Below are positions 27,610-37,795 of a stretch of 64,000 bases of DNA, one piece after another. The notes beneath the pieces are model-generated. The model did not search any database and had not been told where the DNA came from. It was given only the letters and a program-made list of their open reading frames with translations. Within the stretch, counting starts at the first letter, position 1. The number at the start of each line of letters is the position of its first letter. The stretch is taken from IMG/VR virus record IMGVR_UViG_3300035663_000004, positions 23,524 to 87,523 of that record; one strand, given 5' to 3'. The DNA is from a virus. The position numbers and the translations under genes are program-made.

Positions 27610-29646
27610 ATGCAAAGGGTACTTGAAGTTGCCGTAATACTTTCCGCCGTTGACCGTATGACCCGCGTGGTTAATACGGCTACCGCGAACGTTGTGGCGA
27701 AACTTCAGCACGTGGAAACGCGTGCGCAGCGAATATCGAAGCAGTCGTTCGCGATGGGGCGGGATATGGGCGCAATGGGCATTGCTGCCGGGGCCGCGCT
27801 GGCTGTTCCGATCAAGAAGGCCGCCGAGTTCGAGACGGGTATGGCGAATATACGCAAGGTCGTGGAGGGGTTATCCGACCCGAAAGCGCTCGCTTCATTC
27901 GGCGCGGAAATCCGAAACCTTGCGCGCGAAATACCAATACCAATAGACCAACTTCAGGAACTTGTTGCGGCGGGCGGTCGCATGGGAATACCGCGTGACC
28001 AACTGATAGCGTACACGCGTGAAGTCTCGAAAATGGCGACGGCATTCGACGCCGCACCGGGGGAGATCGGCGAACAGATGGGAAAGTTAGCGACGGTGTA
28101 TAATATTCCGATACCGCAGATCGGGAAATTAGGCGATGCGATTAATTACCTGGACGACAACGCAATCGCGAAGGGTACGGATATTATAGACGTTATGCGG
28201 CGCGTCGGCGGTACGGCGCAACAGGTGGGCCTGGGCGCTAATAACGTCGCAGCGCTGGCGTCCACGTTCCTGACGCTGGGTTCGTCGGCGGAGGTATCTG
28301 CGACGGCATCCAACGCGCTGATCCGCGAACTTGCAATAGCGGAGCAGCAGCCGAAGCGTTTCCAAACCGGGCTTCGCGCGCTGGGTATATCCGCGTCCGA
28401 ATTGCAGAAAAATATGTCTATTGACCCGCAAAATACTATTTTGGGGGTACTCGACAAATTGAACGCGCTGCCGCAGGAGCAGCGCATCGGGGTTACTACC
28501 CAATTATTCGGCAAGGAATACGGCGATGACGTCGCGCGGTTGTCGTCTGGCATCGGCGAATACCGTCGGCAACTCGGACTATTGAACGACCCGAAATTAG
28601 GCGGTTCTATGCAGCGCGAATTTGCCCTGCGACAACAGACGGCCAACGCTCAAATGCAGATATTCCGCAACAACGTGCAGAGCGTATCCATTGCGTTTGG
28701 TTCGGCGTTGTTACCGCACCTTAACAAGGTTATGCAGGCGCTTACGCCGATTATTATTAAGTTCGGCGCGTGGATTGACCGGAATCAAAAACTTGCGGGC
28801 GGTATTGGCATGGCTATTGCGGCGTTCGCGGCATTCAGCCTGGCAACGTCCGGCGTTATGTACATTGTCGGCGGCGTTGCGAAAGCGATAGAGTTCGGTT
28901 CTATGGTTATGGGGCCGCTGACGAAGGGGCTGGGGTTCGTAGTTAAGGCGTTCAATATATTACGACTTGCTGTTCTGGCTAACCCGGTTATCGCAATCAT
29001 AACCGGTATCGCCGTGGCGGCATTCATAATCTATAAGAACTGGGACAAGATCGGGCCGTGGCTGGCGAAGTTGTGGGAGAACGTGAAAAAAATATTTTGG
29101 AAATTCTGGGAATGGTTGAAAAACTTTTTTCTGAACTATCACCCGTACGGGCTGATTATCAAGCACTGGGGGAAAATAATGGAGATCGGAAAAATGTTCT
29201 ACAACGCCGGGGTGAACATAATTAAGTCACTGTGGAACGGTATCAAGTCGCTGGCTATGAAGCCGGTTGAAGCGATCCGGGACGTGGTGACGAAAATGCG
29301 CGACTACCTGCCGTTTTCGCCCGCGAAGGTGGGGCCGTTCCGCGACCTGCACAAGGTGCGAATCGTGGAAACAATCGCGCAGGCAATCGTACCGCGTCCG
29401 CTTACAATGGCGATGGGTACGGTCGCCCGCGCTGCCGCCGACGTGCTGAATCCGGTCGGGCCGTCACTTGCGCCCGCTGCATCCGGCGGCGGTGTTACGA
29501 TTAATTTCCAGCCGAACATTACGTGGACGGGCGGTGTGACAGAACAATCGAAAACAGACCTGCTGGCAATATTCCGGCAATACGAGGGCGAACTGGTTAA
29601 GATGGTGGAATTGGCGATGGAAAAGAAAAACAGAACGCGATATTAA
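27610..29646 (+). CDS. tail tape measure protein (TP901 family)
   Basis: FETGMANIRKVV; LGDAINYLDDN; LFGKEY; ANPV..II; Trp-repeat region. Confidence 0.93.
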   Translation: MQRVLEVAVILSAVDRMTRVVNTATANVVAKLQHVETRAQRISKQSFAMGRDMGAMGIAAGAALAVPIKKAAEFETGMANIRKVVEGLSDPKALASFGAEIRNLAREIPIPIDQLQELVAAGGRMGIPRDQLIAYTREVSKMATAFDAAPGEIGEQMGKLATVYNIPIPQIGKLGDAINYLDDNAIAKGTDIIDVMRRVGGTAQQVGLGANNVAALASTFLTLGSSAEVSATASNALIRELAIAEQQPKRFQTGLRALGISASELQKNMSIDPQNTILGVLDKLNALPQEQRIGVTTQLFGKEYGDDVARLSSGIGEYRRQLGLLNDPKLGGSMQREFALRQQTANAQMQIFRNNVQSVSIAFGSALLPHLNKVMQALTPIIIKFGAWIDRNQKLAGGIGMAIAAFAAFSLATSGVMYIVGGVAKAIEFGSMVMGPLTKGLGFVVKAFNILRLAVLANPVIAIITGIAVAAFIIYKNWDKIGPWLAKLWENVKKIFWKFWEWLKNFFLNYHPYGLIIKHWGKIMEIGKMFYNAGVNIIKSLWNGIKSLAMKPVEAIRDVVTKMRDYLPFSPAKVGPFRDLHKVRIVETIAQAIVPRPLTMAMGTVARAAADVLNPVGPSLAPAASGGGVTINFQPNITWTGGVTEQSKTDLLAIFRQYEGELVKMVELAMEKKNRTRY

Positions 29647-29647
29647 T

Positions 29648-29932
29648 ATGTTATACCCGGATATTGACCACGCTAACACAAAGTTCCAGGCGCTCGACAC
29701 GCTGCCTGCAATGGTGCAACAGGTACTAATCGCTGAACGCCGCGTATTCATGACGGAGATGTACCGCGATGGTGTGCGGTTTTCCGGTACGCTGATCGCG
29801 AGGCCAAAAGACTGGAACGACGCGCGCCGCATTGCATACGAGCGCGGGCTGGGCGAAACGGTGGAAGGGTGCATTGAGGATATTATTCGGGGTGTTTGCC
29901 CGCAAAAAAAACTTACACTAAGTGTAAATTAA
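29648..29932 (+). CDS. hypothetical protein inserted in the tail operon
   Basis: 94-aa ORF between tape measure and GpU. Confidence 0.55.
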   Translation: MLYPDIDHANTKFQALDTLPAMVQQVLIAERRVFMTEMYRDGVRFSGTLIARPKDWNDARRIAYERGLGETVEGCIEDIIRGVCPQKKLTLSVN

Positions 29933-29938
29933 AAAGAA

Positions 29939-30796
29939 ATGTACCAACTCGGCGATATACAATTTGAGGGGCTGCGGGGCTTGGACTCGCTGAGCAAGAC
30001 GCGTGAAGCCGTCTATGCAGAACTTCCGCTAATGTCCGGGAAACCGCGACTTCAGCGCACGGGTACGGCATTGCAGACCGTTTCGGTATCTGTATCATTG
30101 CACGCCGCATTCACTGATCCAGCTGCAGATATTGCAGCGCTGGACGCGTATCGCGAAGCAGGCGAAGTGCTGCCGCTGATCACCGGCGAGGGCGAGGTGG
30201 TCGGGGACTTCGTGATAATTTCCATTGAAGAAACCGTCACGCAGACGACGCCGACCGGCCGCACAATCAGCGCGCAGGTGACTATGTCGCTGAAAGAATA
30301 CAACGACCCGAACAAGTCGGTAACGCTGGCACAGGCGGCACAGTCTGCAGCGTTCGCCGTCGGGGCCGACAAGGTCGTGCCTGTTCGCCTGGTACGCCCT
30401 CCGGTTACGGAAATGTCCGTCACTTCGCAGCAGGTGGAGGCCGGTAACGCCGCATCGCGTGACAGTATCGCGACCCTGCGAAAAGCGCCGTTGAACACGC
30501 CGCAGCAGGCGTCCCTGCTGGTGCGCGCAAAAAAGGTTCTGGAGGCTGCCGAAGCCGCATACAAGTCGGCGAAAGACGCTGTATCTGCATCCGCTAATCT
30601 GGCTGCGAAAGCGCCGCAATTATCCGCACAACTTGACGGCGTCTTGGCAGTGGTCACTACGCTGGCTGCGCAGATCGCATCGGGTAACGTCGCCAACGCG
30701 CTGACGGCTGCCGATGCACTCGAAGCCGCACTGCCTGGACTGGCTGACGCCGTTCGCCCGCTGAATGCAATACTAATGACCCGGCAACCGCAATAG
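29939..30796 (+). CDS. P2 GpU-like tail protein with Ala-rich extension
   Basis: QLGDIQF; KPRLQRTG; LPLITGEG..VG.FVI; LKEY. Confidence 0.88.
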   Translation: MYQLGDIQFEGLRGLDSLSKTREAVYAELPLMSGKPRLQRTGTALQTVSVSVSLHAAFTDPAADIAALDAYREAGEVLPLITGEGEVVGDFVIISIEETVTQTTPTGRTISAQVTMSLKEYNDPNKSVTLAQAAQSAAFAVGADKVVPVRLVRPPVTEMSVTSQQVEAGNAASRDSIATLRKAPLNTPQQASLLVRAKKVLEAAEAAYKSAKDAVSASANLAAKAPQLSAQLDGVLAVVTTLAAQIASGNVANALTAADALEAALPGLADAVRPLNAILMTRQPQ

Positions 30797-30798
30797 AT

Positions 30799-31020
30799 AT
30801 GCCTTACACCGAATACATCACGAACGAGGGCGACCGCCTGGATATGATAGCGTACAAGGCGTACGGCGACCCGTTCGCCTGGGCTGACGTATTGCAGGCT
30901 AATTCGGCGCTGCCTATTCAGGCTGAATATCCGGCTGGCATCCGCGTGATGGTTCCGATATTGGAGCAGGCCGCTGCAACGCAGCCCGCTGCTAACCTGT
31001 TACCGCCTTGGAAGCGTTGA
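30799..31020 (+). CDS. tail protein X (LysM-like)
   Basis: GDRLDMIAYKAYG..AN..YPAG..V..P..LPPWK. Confidence 0.9.
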   Translation: MPYTEYITNEGDRLDMIAYKAYGDPFAWADVLQANSALPIQAEYPAGIRVMVPILEQAAATQPAANLLPPWKR

Positions 31021-31024
31021 AAGT

Positions 31025-32005
31025 ATGAAAGTACGGGAAATAGCCTATAAGATAACCTACAATAATAAGGACGTAACGGCCGACCTGACGCCGTACGTTA
31101 CGGGGGTGACGTACACAGATAAGACGGAAGGCGAATCAGACACGATCGAAATACAACTTGAAGATACGGACGGGCTATGGCGCGGGGCATGGTATCCGAC
31201 GAAGGGCGATACATTGCAGGTGGAGGCCGGATATACCGACCTGCTGCTGCCGTGCGGCGTTTTTCAGATAGACGAAATAGAAATAAGCGGGCCGCCGGAC
31301 GTGGTATCAATCCGGGGCATGGCAACGGGCACGCAGCCCGCAATCCGCACGCGCAACAATTCGGCGCACGAAAACAAGACACTGCGGGAAATTGCCAATA
31401 CCATTGGAGGCGCTCACGGGCTGACTGTGCAGGGTGAAATCGAAGAAATCCGAATCAATCGCGCAACACAATATCGGGAAACCGACCTTGCGTTCCTTAA
31501 GCGCATATCGTGGAAGTACGGGCATGTTTTCAGCGTTCGCGGGGACTTGCTGGTGTTCCAGACAATCTATGGACTGGAAGGCGCTGACGCGGTGTCTGAA
31601 GTTGACCGCACCGACCTGATACGGTACAGCCTGACGGATAAGACCGCCGAAACGTATAAGGCTGCGGAGGTGAAGTACCACGATCCGGTACAGAAAAAAG
31701 TTATCCGCCACACGGAGACGGCGACGGCTGCCGATACGTCCGGCGATACCCTGGTACTGCAATGCAAGGCGGAAACGCCAACGCAGGCGCAGGCGCAGGC
31801 AAGGGCGGCGCTACACAGGGCGAACACGCGGCGGCAATCCGGCAGCCTGTCCCTGCCTGGTGATCCGCTGCTGGTGGCTGGCAGCAATTTCACGCTCACG
31901 GGGCTGGGCGTATTATCCGGCATGTATCATATCGAAGAAAGCAGGCACTCGCTATCACGCGCAAGCGGATATACGACCGACCTGACGGTGAAAAAGGTCG
32001 GCTGA
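31025..32005 (+). CDS. late control D / baseplate hub protein
   Basis: YTDKTEGESD; G.FQIDEIE.SGPP; ETDL.FL.R; G.Y.I...RH. Confidence 0.92.
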   Translation: MKVREIAYKITYNNKDVTADLTPYVTGVTYTDKTEGESDTIEIQLEDTDGLWRGAWYPTKGDTLQVEAGYTDLLLPCGVFQIDEIEISGPPDVVSIRGMATGTQPAIRTRNNSAHENKTLREIANTIGGAHGLTVQGEIEEIRINRATQYRETDLAFLKRISWKYGHVFSVRGDLLVFQTIYGLEGADAVSEVDRTDLIRYSLTDKTAETYKAAEVKYHDPVQKKVIRHTETATAADTSGDTLVLQCKAETPTQAQAQARAALHRANTRRQSGSLSLPGDPLLVAGSNFTLTGLGVLSGMYHIEESRHSLSRASGYTTDLTVKKVG

Positions 32006-32097
32006 CCATTTTGGCATCGAAAAATGGTCGTATTTTTAACGTTCATTGTACATTTTTGACGTTCGTTATATTTTTTGAAAAAAAGTTACAAAAAAAC

Positions 32098-32128
32098 TTG
32101 CGCGTATTTGCATAACGCAGTATCTTTG
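32098..32128 (+). promoter_or_regulatory. moron promoter with TTRYGC-N6-GCRYAA operator
   Basis: TTGCGCGTATTTGCATAAC followed by TATCTTTG. Confidence 0.7.
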
Positions 32129-32175
32129 TATCATCAAACAAACAAAATATTTTTTACTCACTAATTTTTTGAGAC

Positions 32176-32436
32176 ATGAAAAAGGTTTTTATTTCACTGT
32201 ACGGTACTGTTTCTTTCACCCCCAATGCTACAACAGTTGCCACTGCGTTAATGCACTGCAACAAGCCGCGTAAGTACGCAGAGGCGGCAGAAATCGCAAC
32301 TATGAACGCGAAAAGCGTTTCTGATATTGAAAAAATGGATTTTGATTGGATGAATCGCTGTATTCAATCTGTTGCGGGCGGAAACGTGTTTTGGTATTTT
32401 TCCAACGTGAAGCCGATAGCACTCTCTCACTCTTAA
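32176..32436 (+). CDS. hypothetical moron protein
   Basis: AT-rich ORF with its own promoter inside the tail operon. Confidence 0.65.
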   Translation: MKKVFISLYGTVSFTPNATTVATALMHCNKPRKYAEAAEIATMNAKSVSDIEKMDFDWMNRCIQSVAGGNVFWYFSNVKPIALSHS

Positions 32437-32441
32437 TTTTC

Positions 32442-32532
32442 GCCCGGATTGGCAGCCGGACTTGGAGGAAGCGGCAACCTTAATCGGTTCTGAAGGCGGT
32501 TTTTACACGCGGTTCGAATCCGCATCCGGGCA
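32442..32532 (+). tRNA. degenerate tRNA-like element (Leu-like acceptor; 8/4 or 7/5 fold)
   Basis: GCCCGGAT/ATCCGGGC stem plus A discriminator; GCGG-TTCGAAT-CCGC T-arm; GCCG/CGGC D-like stem; imperfect anticodon arm AACC-TTAATC-GGTT; no CCA. Confidence 0.5.
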
Positions 32533-32584
32533 CACGAGGACTTATCATGGGATCTCGGCAAACGAGCCGGGGAAATTGGTTCTG

Positions 32585-32616
32585 GGACGCGCTGACTGCT
32601 GGCGCGTCCTTTTTTT
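32585..32616 (+). terminator. intrinsic terminator
   Basis: GGACGCGC-N9-GCGCGTCC followed by T7. Confidence 0.75.
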
Positions 32617-32636
32617 GTCACCAACACACACACAAT

Positions 32637-32864
32637 ATGATCGAACTAACGCATCACGTCGGACAAATTTTCCTGCACCGTTCCGGCGCTCAGTACCGCA
32701 TTACGGCGGCGTACGGCGGACACGGTTCAATACCGGAAATCTATCACCTAACCATGCACAAACCGACCTCCGCAATTTTGCGGGCTGACCAATGGAAAAT
32801 ATGCGTAACTTTGCCTGAGCTGCAGGGCGAATTTCAACACCTTGCGCACTTGGATATTGCTTAA
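32637..32864 (+). CDS. hypothetical protein
   Basis: Start MIELTHHVG after a CA-rich leader. Confidence 0.55.
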   Translation: MIELTHHVGQIFLHRSGAQYRITAAYGGHGSIPEIYHLTMHKPTSAILRADQWKICVTLPELQGEFQHLAHLDIA

Positions 32865-33378
32865 GTACGGAAACATCTGTGACATTGACGCGGCCAACGG
32901 ACTGGCACGCGTTCAATTCGATGACGACGGCGTCACGTCGGGCTGGCTGCCCGTCGTGACGCTTGGCGCGTCCGGCAATTCGTATTCGCACGCGTTCGAC
33001 GTGAACGAGCATGTAGCGTGCCTGATGGATGAGGACGCGGAGAACGGCGTTATTCTGGGCGCTATCTACTCGCAGGCGCAGCAACCAGACGGCGGCAACA
33101 AGGACAAGGTGCGGGTGAAATTCACGGACGGCGCAAGCGTCCAGTACGACCGCGCGGCGTCGAAATTGTCTGTCAAGGTCGGCACGACAGAACTGGATAT
33201 TACTGAGGACGGGTTCGTGGTGAAGCGGGGCAGCGAAACGCTGAAGGCAATTATATCCGACCTGATAGACGCGATACTGGCGGAAACACACCCGACCGGG
33301 GTAGGGCCGTCGGGAACGCCGATCAATGCGGCGCAATACACGGCAATCAAGAACAGGCTTCCTAATCTGTTCGATTAA
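32857..33378 (+). CDS. baseplate assembly protein V (spike)
   Basis: ARVQF....SGWL; E.VACLMD...ENGVILG.IY; F.DGA.V.YDR; TH..G; probable TTG start. Confidence 0.9.
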   Translation: MLKYGNICDIDAANGLARVQFDDDGVTSGWLPVVTLGASGNSYSHAFDVNEHVACLMDEDAENGVILGAIYSQAQQPDGGNKDKVRVKFTDGASVQYDRAASKLSVKVGTTELDITEDGFVVKRGSETLKAIISDLIDAILAETHPTGVGPSGTPINAAQYTAIKNRLPNLFD

Positions 33379-33442
33379 CGCCGGAAGCAGCCCTCGGAAC
33401 GCCGCCGAAAATATCTGCGAAAAAAAACGTATCTTTGCGCCC

Positions 33443-33688
33443 ATGCCACTATCGAAGACAGAACTGAAAAACACCATCAAAACCGCGCTGGCGGCGAACA
33501 TCACGAATACCACGTCGTTCGACGGGGCGATTGACGCGCTGGCGGCCGCAATCGCCAACGCGGTGGCGAAGGCTGTGGACGACTACGTCACGACGGCAAC
33601 CGTCACCAATATCCCCGTGCTGGTATCGCCTGCTGGCGCCGTCACCGGCACAATTTCAACCACCATTGCGGGCATGATAACGCCATGA
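33443..33688 (+). CDS. hypothetical baseplate-region protein
   Basis: LA.AIA.AV..YV..A.V motif; promoter element 5 nt upstream of ATG. Confidence 0.7.
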   Translation: MPLSKTELKNTIKTALAANITNTTSFDGAIDALAAAIANAVAKAVDDYVTTATVTNIPVLVSPAGAVTGTISTTIAGMITP

Positions 33689-34188
33689 ATATATCGGATA
33701 TCAAATCGGCAGACTGGGCGCTGGCTACTTCGGGACTTCGCGAGGTGGTGGAGGGGATTGACGATATTAACCAATGTATTGCAATTATCCTTAGTACGAA
33801 AAAGGGCAGCGACCCGTTCCGTCCAACGTTCGGTTCTGATATCTGGGACTGGATAGACCGACCTATTGCGGCGGCGCTGCCGAACATGAAGCGCGCAATA
33901 TTCGACGCCGTCGGGCTGTGGGAGCCGCGCGTCACGGTGACGTCGGTATCACACGAATTTCAGAACGAGGCCGCGGTGAGCGCTCCGGTTCAATCCGGTA
34001 TCCGGTTCCGGGTATTCTGGAAATTGAAGGAAACGCAGACGACCGGGCAGGCGCTTGTGACGCTGGGACTGTACGACGCCGTCGCGAAGGCAGCGCAGCA
34101 GGTGACGCCGGTGCTGACTGATTATCTGCTCACAACCGAATCCGGCGACGCGCTGACGACGGAAACAGGAGACAATATCGTAATATGA
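33685..34188 (+). CDS. baseplate wedge protein W (gp25 family)
   Basis: DINQCI.IIL.T.KGSDP.RPTFGS; WEPRV. Confidence 0.93.
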   Translation: MNISDIKSADWALATSGLREVVEGIDDINQCIAIILSTKKGSDPFRPTFGSDIWDWIDRPIAAALPNMKRAIFDAVGLWEPRVTVTSVSHEFQNEAAVSAPVQSGIRFRVFWKLKETQTTGQALVTLGLYDAVAKAAQQVTPVLTDYLLTTESGDALTTETGDNIVI

Positions 34189-35288
34189 CGCAACCGCAAT
34201 TTTTATCTCTGGACGGCGAGCAGATCGTATCTGAACTAATACAGATATACGAGGGTATCACCGGGCGCGTGCTGCAACCGGCGCAACCTGAGCGCCTGCT
34301 CATCAACGCGTTTGCATACCGCGAACTGATCCTGCGCCAACAAATCCAGAACGCCGCGCTGCAAACGCTGGTGTCGTTCGCGTCCGCGCCCGCGCTGGAC
34401 TACCTGGGCGAACTGGTAGGGGTACAACGCCTGTCCGCATCGGCAGCGTCCTGCACGCTCCGCTTCACGCTGATATCCGGTCACGGCGGGGTAGTTATCC
34501 CTGCCGGTACGCGGGTGGCAAGTCAGGACGGAAAAGTAATTTTCCGGACGGCCGAAAATGCCGACGTGAACGCAGGTGTCAATACATCGGACGTGTTGGC
34601 ATTCGCTGACAATATCGGCGCAATCGGCAACGGGTACGCCGCCGCGGAAATAATCGAGATACTCGACCCGCAGCCGTTCATTGTATCGGCGTCTAACCTG
34701 TCCGTCACTTCGGGCGGCGCGGACGCTGAAACTGATGATGAACTGCGGGCGCGCATCAAGTTAGCGCCGGAACAATTCACGACGGCGGGCAGCGTTGGTG
34801 CCTATCAATTCCATGCGAAATCCGCAAGTCCGGCAATTCTGGACGTGGCGGTAACGTCGCCTTCGCCGGGACTGGTGAACGTCTACCCGCTGGCTGAAGG
34901 CGGGCTGCCGACTTCGAGCGCAATACTGAATCTGGTCGCCGCTGCCTGCAATGCGGAGCGCGTTCGCCCGCTGACGGATACCGTCGCTGTGCTGACGCCG
35001 ACCGCCGTGACGTATGATGTGGAGGTGGAAATCGAGTGCTACAACACGGCCAATACGACAGTGATACAGGAGCAGATCGAGGCGGCGCTACAGGCGTATT
35101 GCGACGGACGTACCCGGCAGATCGGCAAGGACATTACACGCTCGCAGATTATCGGGCTGTGCATGGTGGATGGCGTGTACGACGTGACGGTGGTGGAGCC
35201 TGCTGCCGACGTGGTAATTTCCGCAACGCAGGTACCGGTGCTCGATAACCCTATTTCCGTCACGATAACCGGACTTGTGAATGGCTAA
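34185..35288 (+). CDS. baseplate J protein
   Basis: PERLLI; LDYLG; GGADAETDDELR.R; TAGS.GAY.FHA; VRPLTD.V. Confidence 0.94.
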   Translation: MTQPQFLSLDGEQIVSELIQIYEGITGRVLQPAQPERLLINAFAYRELILRQQIQNAALQTLVSFASAPALDYLGELVGVQRLSASAASCTLRFTLISGHGGVVIPAGTRVASQDGKVIFRTAENADVNAGVNTSDVLAFADNIGAIGNGYAAAEIIEILDPQPFIVSASNLSVTSGGADAETDDELRARIKLAPEQFTTAGSVGAYQFHAKSASPAILDVAVTSPSPGLVNVYPLAEGGLPTSSAILNLVAAACNAERVRPLTDTVAVLTPTAVTYDVEVEIECYNTANTTVIQEQIEAALQAYCDGRTRQIGKDITRSQIIGLCMVDGVYDVTVVEPAADVVISATQVPVLDNPISVTITGLVNG

Positions 35289-36000
35289 TACAGTCGCAAC
35301 CGGCATATCATTCGCGCCGCATCTGACAGCGTTCGACGAGGCGGCACGGCAACGACTGGAAGGCATTGACCTGACGCCGCTGCTGATGTACGTCGTGGAT
35401 ACTACGCACGTCGAAGCGCTGCCATATCTGGCTGAACAGTTCGACGTGCTGGGGCTGGAGGGCTGGGCCTTGGCCAACACGGAGGCAGACAGGCGGGCGC
35501 TGATTAAGCAGGCGATTGAACTGCACCGGCACAAGGGTACGGTATGGGCGATCCGCAATGCCGTGCGCGCCGTTGGGTTCGGTGAGTGCAATATTACGGA
35601 GGGCGTCGGCGTGGACTACAACGGCGAGTATCTGTATTCCGGTACGATTGACTATGAGGGCGGCAACTGGGCGACTTTTCGCGTAATTGTCGAAATACCG
35701 AACACGCGACCCGTTACGCTGGCAGAGTTTTCCAGGCTGCGGGCAATTATCGAAGCGTATAAGAATATCCGCAGTCACCTGGTGGACGTATCGCTGCGGG
35801 TGAACCTGGTGACCGAACACACCCTGCCGGAAGATACATTAGACTTTTGGGCTGGTGATGCGCAGACGGACACGCTTACAAGCGGGGCGAATTACGACGG
35901 CGCAAGCGGATACGCCGGGGCGTACAATTACGATCAATCTAATGATCCGGGAACAATCACAATTGAGATCGGCGGGTTCGCAGTGACTGAAAATTTCTAA
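35281..36000 (+). CDS. P2 tail protein I-like
   Basis: LPYLAEQFDV; RR.LIK.AIELHRHKGT.WAI; K..RSHL. Confidence 0.92.
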   Translation: MANTVATGISFAPHLTAFDEAARQRLEGIDLTPLLMYVVDTTHVEALPYLAEQFDVLGLEGWALANTEADRRALIKQAIELHRHKGTVWAIRNAVRAVGFGECNITEGVGVDYNGEYLYSGTIDYEGGNWATFRVIVEIPNTRPVTLAEFSRLRAIIEAYKNIRSHLVDVSLRVNLVTEHTLPEDTLDFWAGDAQTDTLTSGANYDGASGYAGAYNYDQSNDPGTITIEIGGFAVTENF

Positions 36001-36018
36001 TCGAAAAAATATAAAAAA

Positions 36019-36462
36019 ATGGATATACGAAACGACACTATCGCACCTAAAGGCGTATTCGAGATGCGGGTGTACAATGCCGACGGCTGCCTGATTGACC
36101 AATACGAGGACTGGAATCTGATCGTGAACGGCGGGCGGTCTGCCATTGCATCACTGATCGGGGCGGCGACGTCCACGAAGGACGTCACGCAAATTGCATT
36201 CGGCACCAACGGCGCATCGCCGGTACTGACGGACGCCGCAATCACGACGCAGTTCAAGAAAGCCGTCGGGGCTGTGACCTATCCGGCAACTGGACAGGTG
36301 CGCTTCGCCTGGTCGCTGGAATTGGCGGAAAACAACGGCGTTACGATCCGGGAGTACGGGCTGCTATGTCAGGACGACACGCTGTTCGCCCGCAAGGTGC
36401 GCGCTGATATCGCGAAAACATCGGACGTCCGCCTGGAGGGCACATGGACAATTATTTTCTAA
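36019..36462 (+). CDS. tail collar/baseplate-fibre connector-like protein
   Basis: NLIVN.G; I.FGT; E.NG.TIREYGL; LFARKV; I.K...L...WTI.F. Confidence 0.75.
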   Translation: MDIRNDTIAPKGVFEMRVYNADGCLIDQYEDWNLIVNGGRSAIASLIGAATSTKDVTQIAFGTNGASPVLTDAAITTQFKKAVGAVTYPATGQVRFAWSLELAENNGVTIREYGLLCQDDTLFARKVRADIAKTSDVRLEGTWTIIF

Positions 36463-36478
36463 CTGAAAAATCGAAAAA

Positions 36479-37351
36479 ATGGCAAATCTGACTGAATCAC
36501 CGGTGTACGAAGCCGGTATATATCAATTAGAAACGACCGACCCGGTATTGGGCGGTTCTTCCGGCATTGCTAACCTTCAGGGCAAGCAACTCGCCAACCG
36601 GACGGCGTGGCTGAAGCAAAAAATTGACAACTTAGGCTTCGGTACAACAGGCGTACCTGTGTACGCTGGCAATCTAAACAGCCTGCTGGATACCGGCTGG
36701 TGGTACGCCACGACGGCAACAACCAACAAGCCGACGGGCGCAAGCGAGGGGTTCGTCCAGGTGGTCGAATACGTCACGCTTGGGTACTCTTATCAAGTGT
36801 ATCACTCGATCACCGTTGACCGAATCTGGACGCGCCGGATTACGGACGGGCCAACGTTCGGGGCGTGGTCGGAAATCGGGCGCGCTGCCGACCTGGCTAC
36901 GCTGAACGATCAACTGATCGGGAGCGTGGCGGCGTTCGCAATGAATACGCCGCCGACGGGCTGGTTCAAGTGCAATGGCGCTGCGGTATCACGCTCGCTG
37001 TACGCCGGGCTGTTCGCGAAGATCGGCACGACGTTCGGCGTCGGAAACGGAAGCACGACGTTCAATCTGCCAGACTTGCGCGGTGAGTTCGTACGGGGCT
37101 GGGACGACGGGCGCGGACTTGACGTTGGGCGCGTGTTTGGTTCGGCACAGGGCTACGCGACCGAAGCGCACACGCACTTTCTTCGTATGCAGACGCTCGG
37201 AGGAATTAACAACAACGGGAGCAGTCCGTATGCAACGACCGTAGCGAATAGCAACGATAGCACAACCACGATGACGCAGGCGCAGGTCGGCGGCGAAGGG
37301 GAAACGAGACCGCGAAACATTGCCCTGCTATACGCAATCAAATGGCAATAA
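36479..37351 (+). CDS. tail fibre protein with tail-collar domain
   Basis: QLANRT.WLK; PTGW.KCNG.AVSR..Y..LF..IGT.FG.G.GSTTFNLPDLRGEF.RGWD; ETRPRNIAL. Confidence 0.93.
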   Translation: MANLTESPVYEAGIYQLETTDPVLGGSSGIANLQGKQLANRTAWLKQKIDNLGFGTTGVPVYAGNLNSLLDTGWWYATTATTNKPTGASEGFVQVVEYVTLGYSYQVYHSITVDRIWTRRITDGPTFGAWSEIGRAADLATLNDQLIGSVAAFAMNTPPTGWFKCNGAAVSRSLYAGLFAKIGTTFGVGNGSTTFNLPDLRGEFVRGWDDGRGLDVGRVFGSAQGYATEAHTHFLRMQTLGGINNNGSSPYATTVANSNDSTTTMTQAQVGGEGETRPRNIALLYAIKWQ

Positions 37352-37366
37352 ACAATCATTGATAAT

Positions 37367-37795
37367 ATGAACACACAACACACACACGAACCCGTGCCCG
37401 TCTATTGTTACGACGACACGGGCAGGTACACGTCATGGGAATACGCCGACCCGAATCCGCTGGAGCCGGGCAAATACCTATTGCCGGTAAACGCTACGCT
37501 GACGCCGCCGCCTGACTGGAGCAAGGGCGAAGTAGCGCGCTGGGACGGCGAACGCTGGGCGGTGGAGCCTGACGATACAGAGGTTCAGCGCCATGCAGCG
37601 TTTCAGCGATCAAGGCGCAACTACCTGTTGGCCGCATCGGACTGGACGCAATTACCTGACGCGCCACTGACGGCTGATGAGGCGCAGCGATGGCGCGAAT
37701 ACCGACACGCGCTGCGTACAATTACGACAGACCCGGCATGGCCTTACGTTGCGTTTCCTGATCCGCCGGAAAAGGAGCCAATAATACAGGCTTAG
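37367..37795 (+). CDS. tail fibre assembly chaperone
   Basis: RNYLLAASDWTQLPDAPL...W..YR.ALR. Confidence 0.88.
   Translation: MNTQHTHEPVPVYCYDDTGRYTSWEYADPNPLEPGKYLLPVNATLTPPPDWSKGEVARWDGERWAVEPDDTEVQRHAAFQRSRRNYLLAASDWTQLPDAPLTADEAQRWREYRHALRTITTDPAWPYVAFPDPPEKEPIIQA

Noticed and set aside
32533-32600. Theta/HDV-like ribozyme in the tRNA 3' trailer
   Set aside because: Could not build the nested double pseudoknot or find the conserved L3 and catalytic-C motifs.
25157-37795. Stand-alone tailocin or extracellular contractile injection system
   Set aside because: Capsid, portal, terminase and replication genes are present in the same unit.
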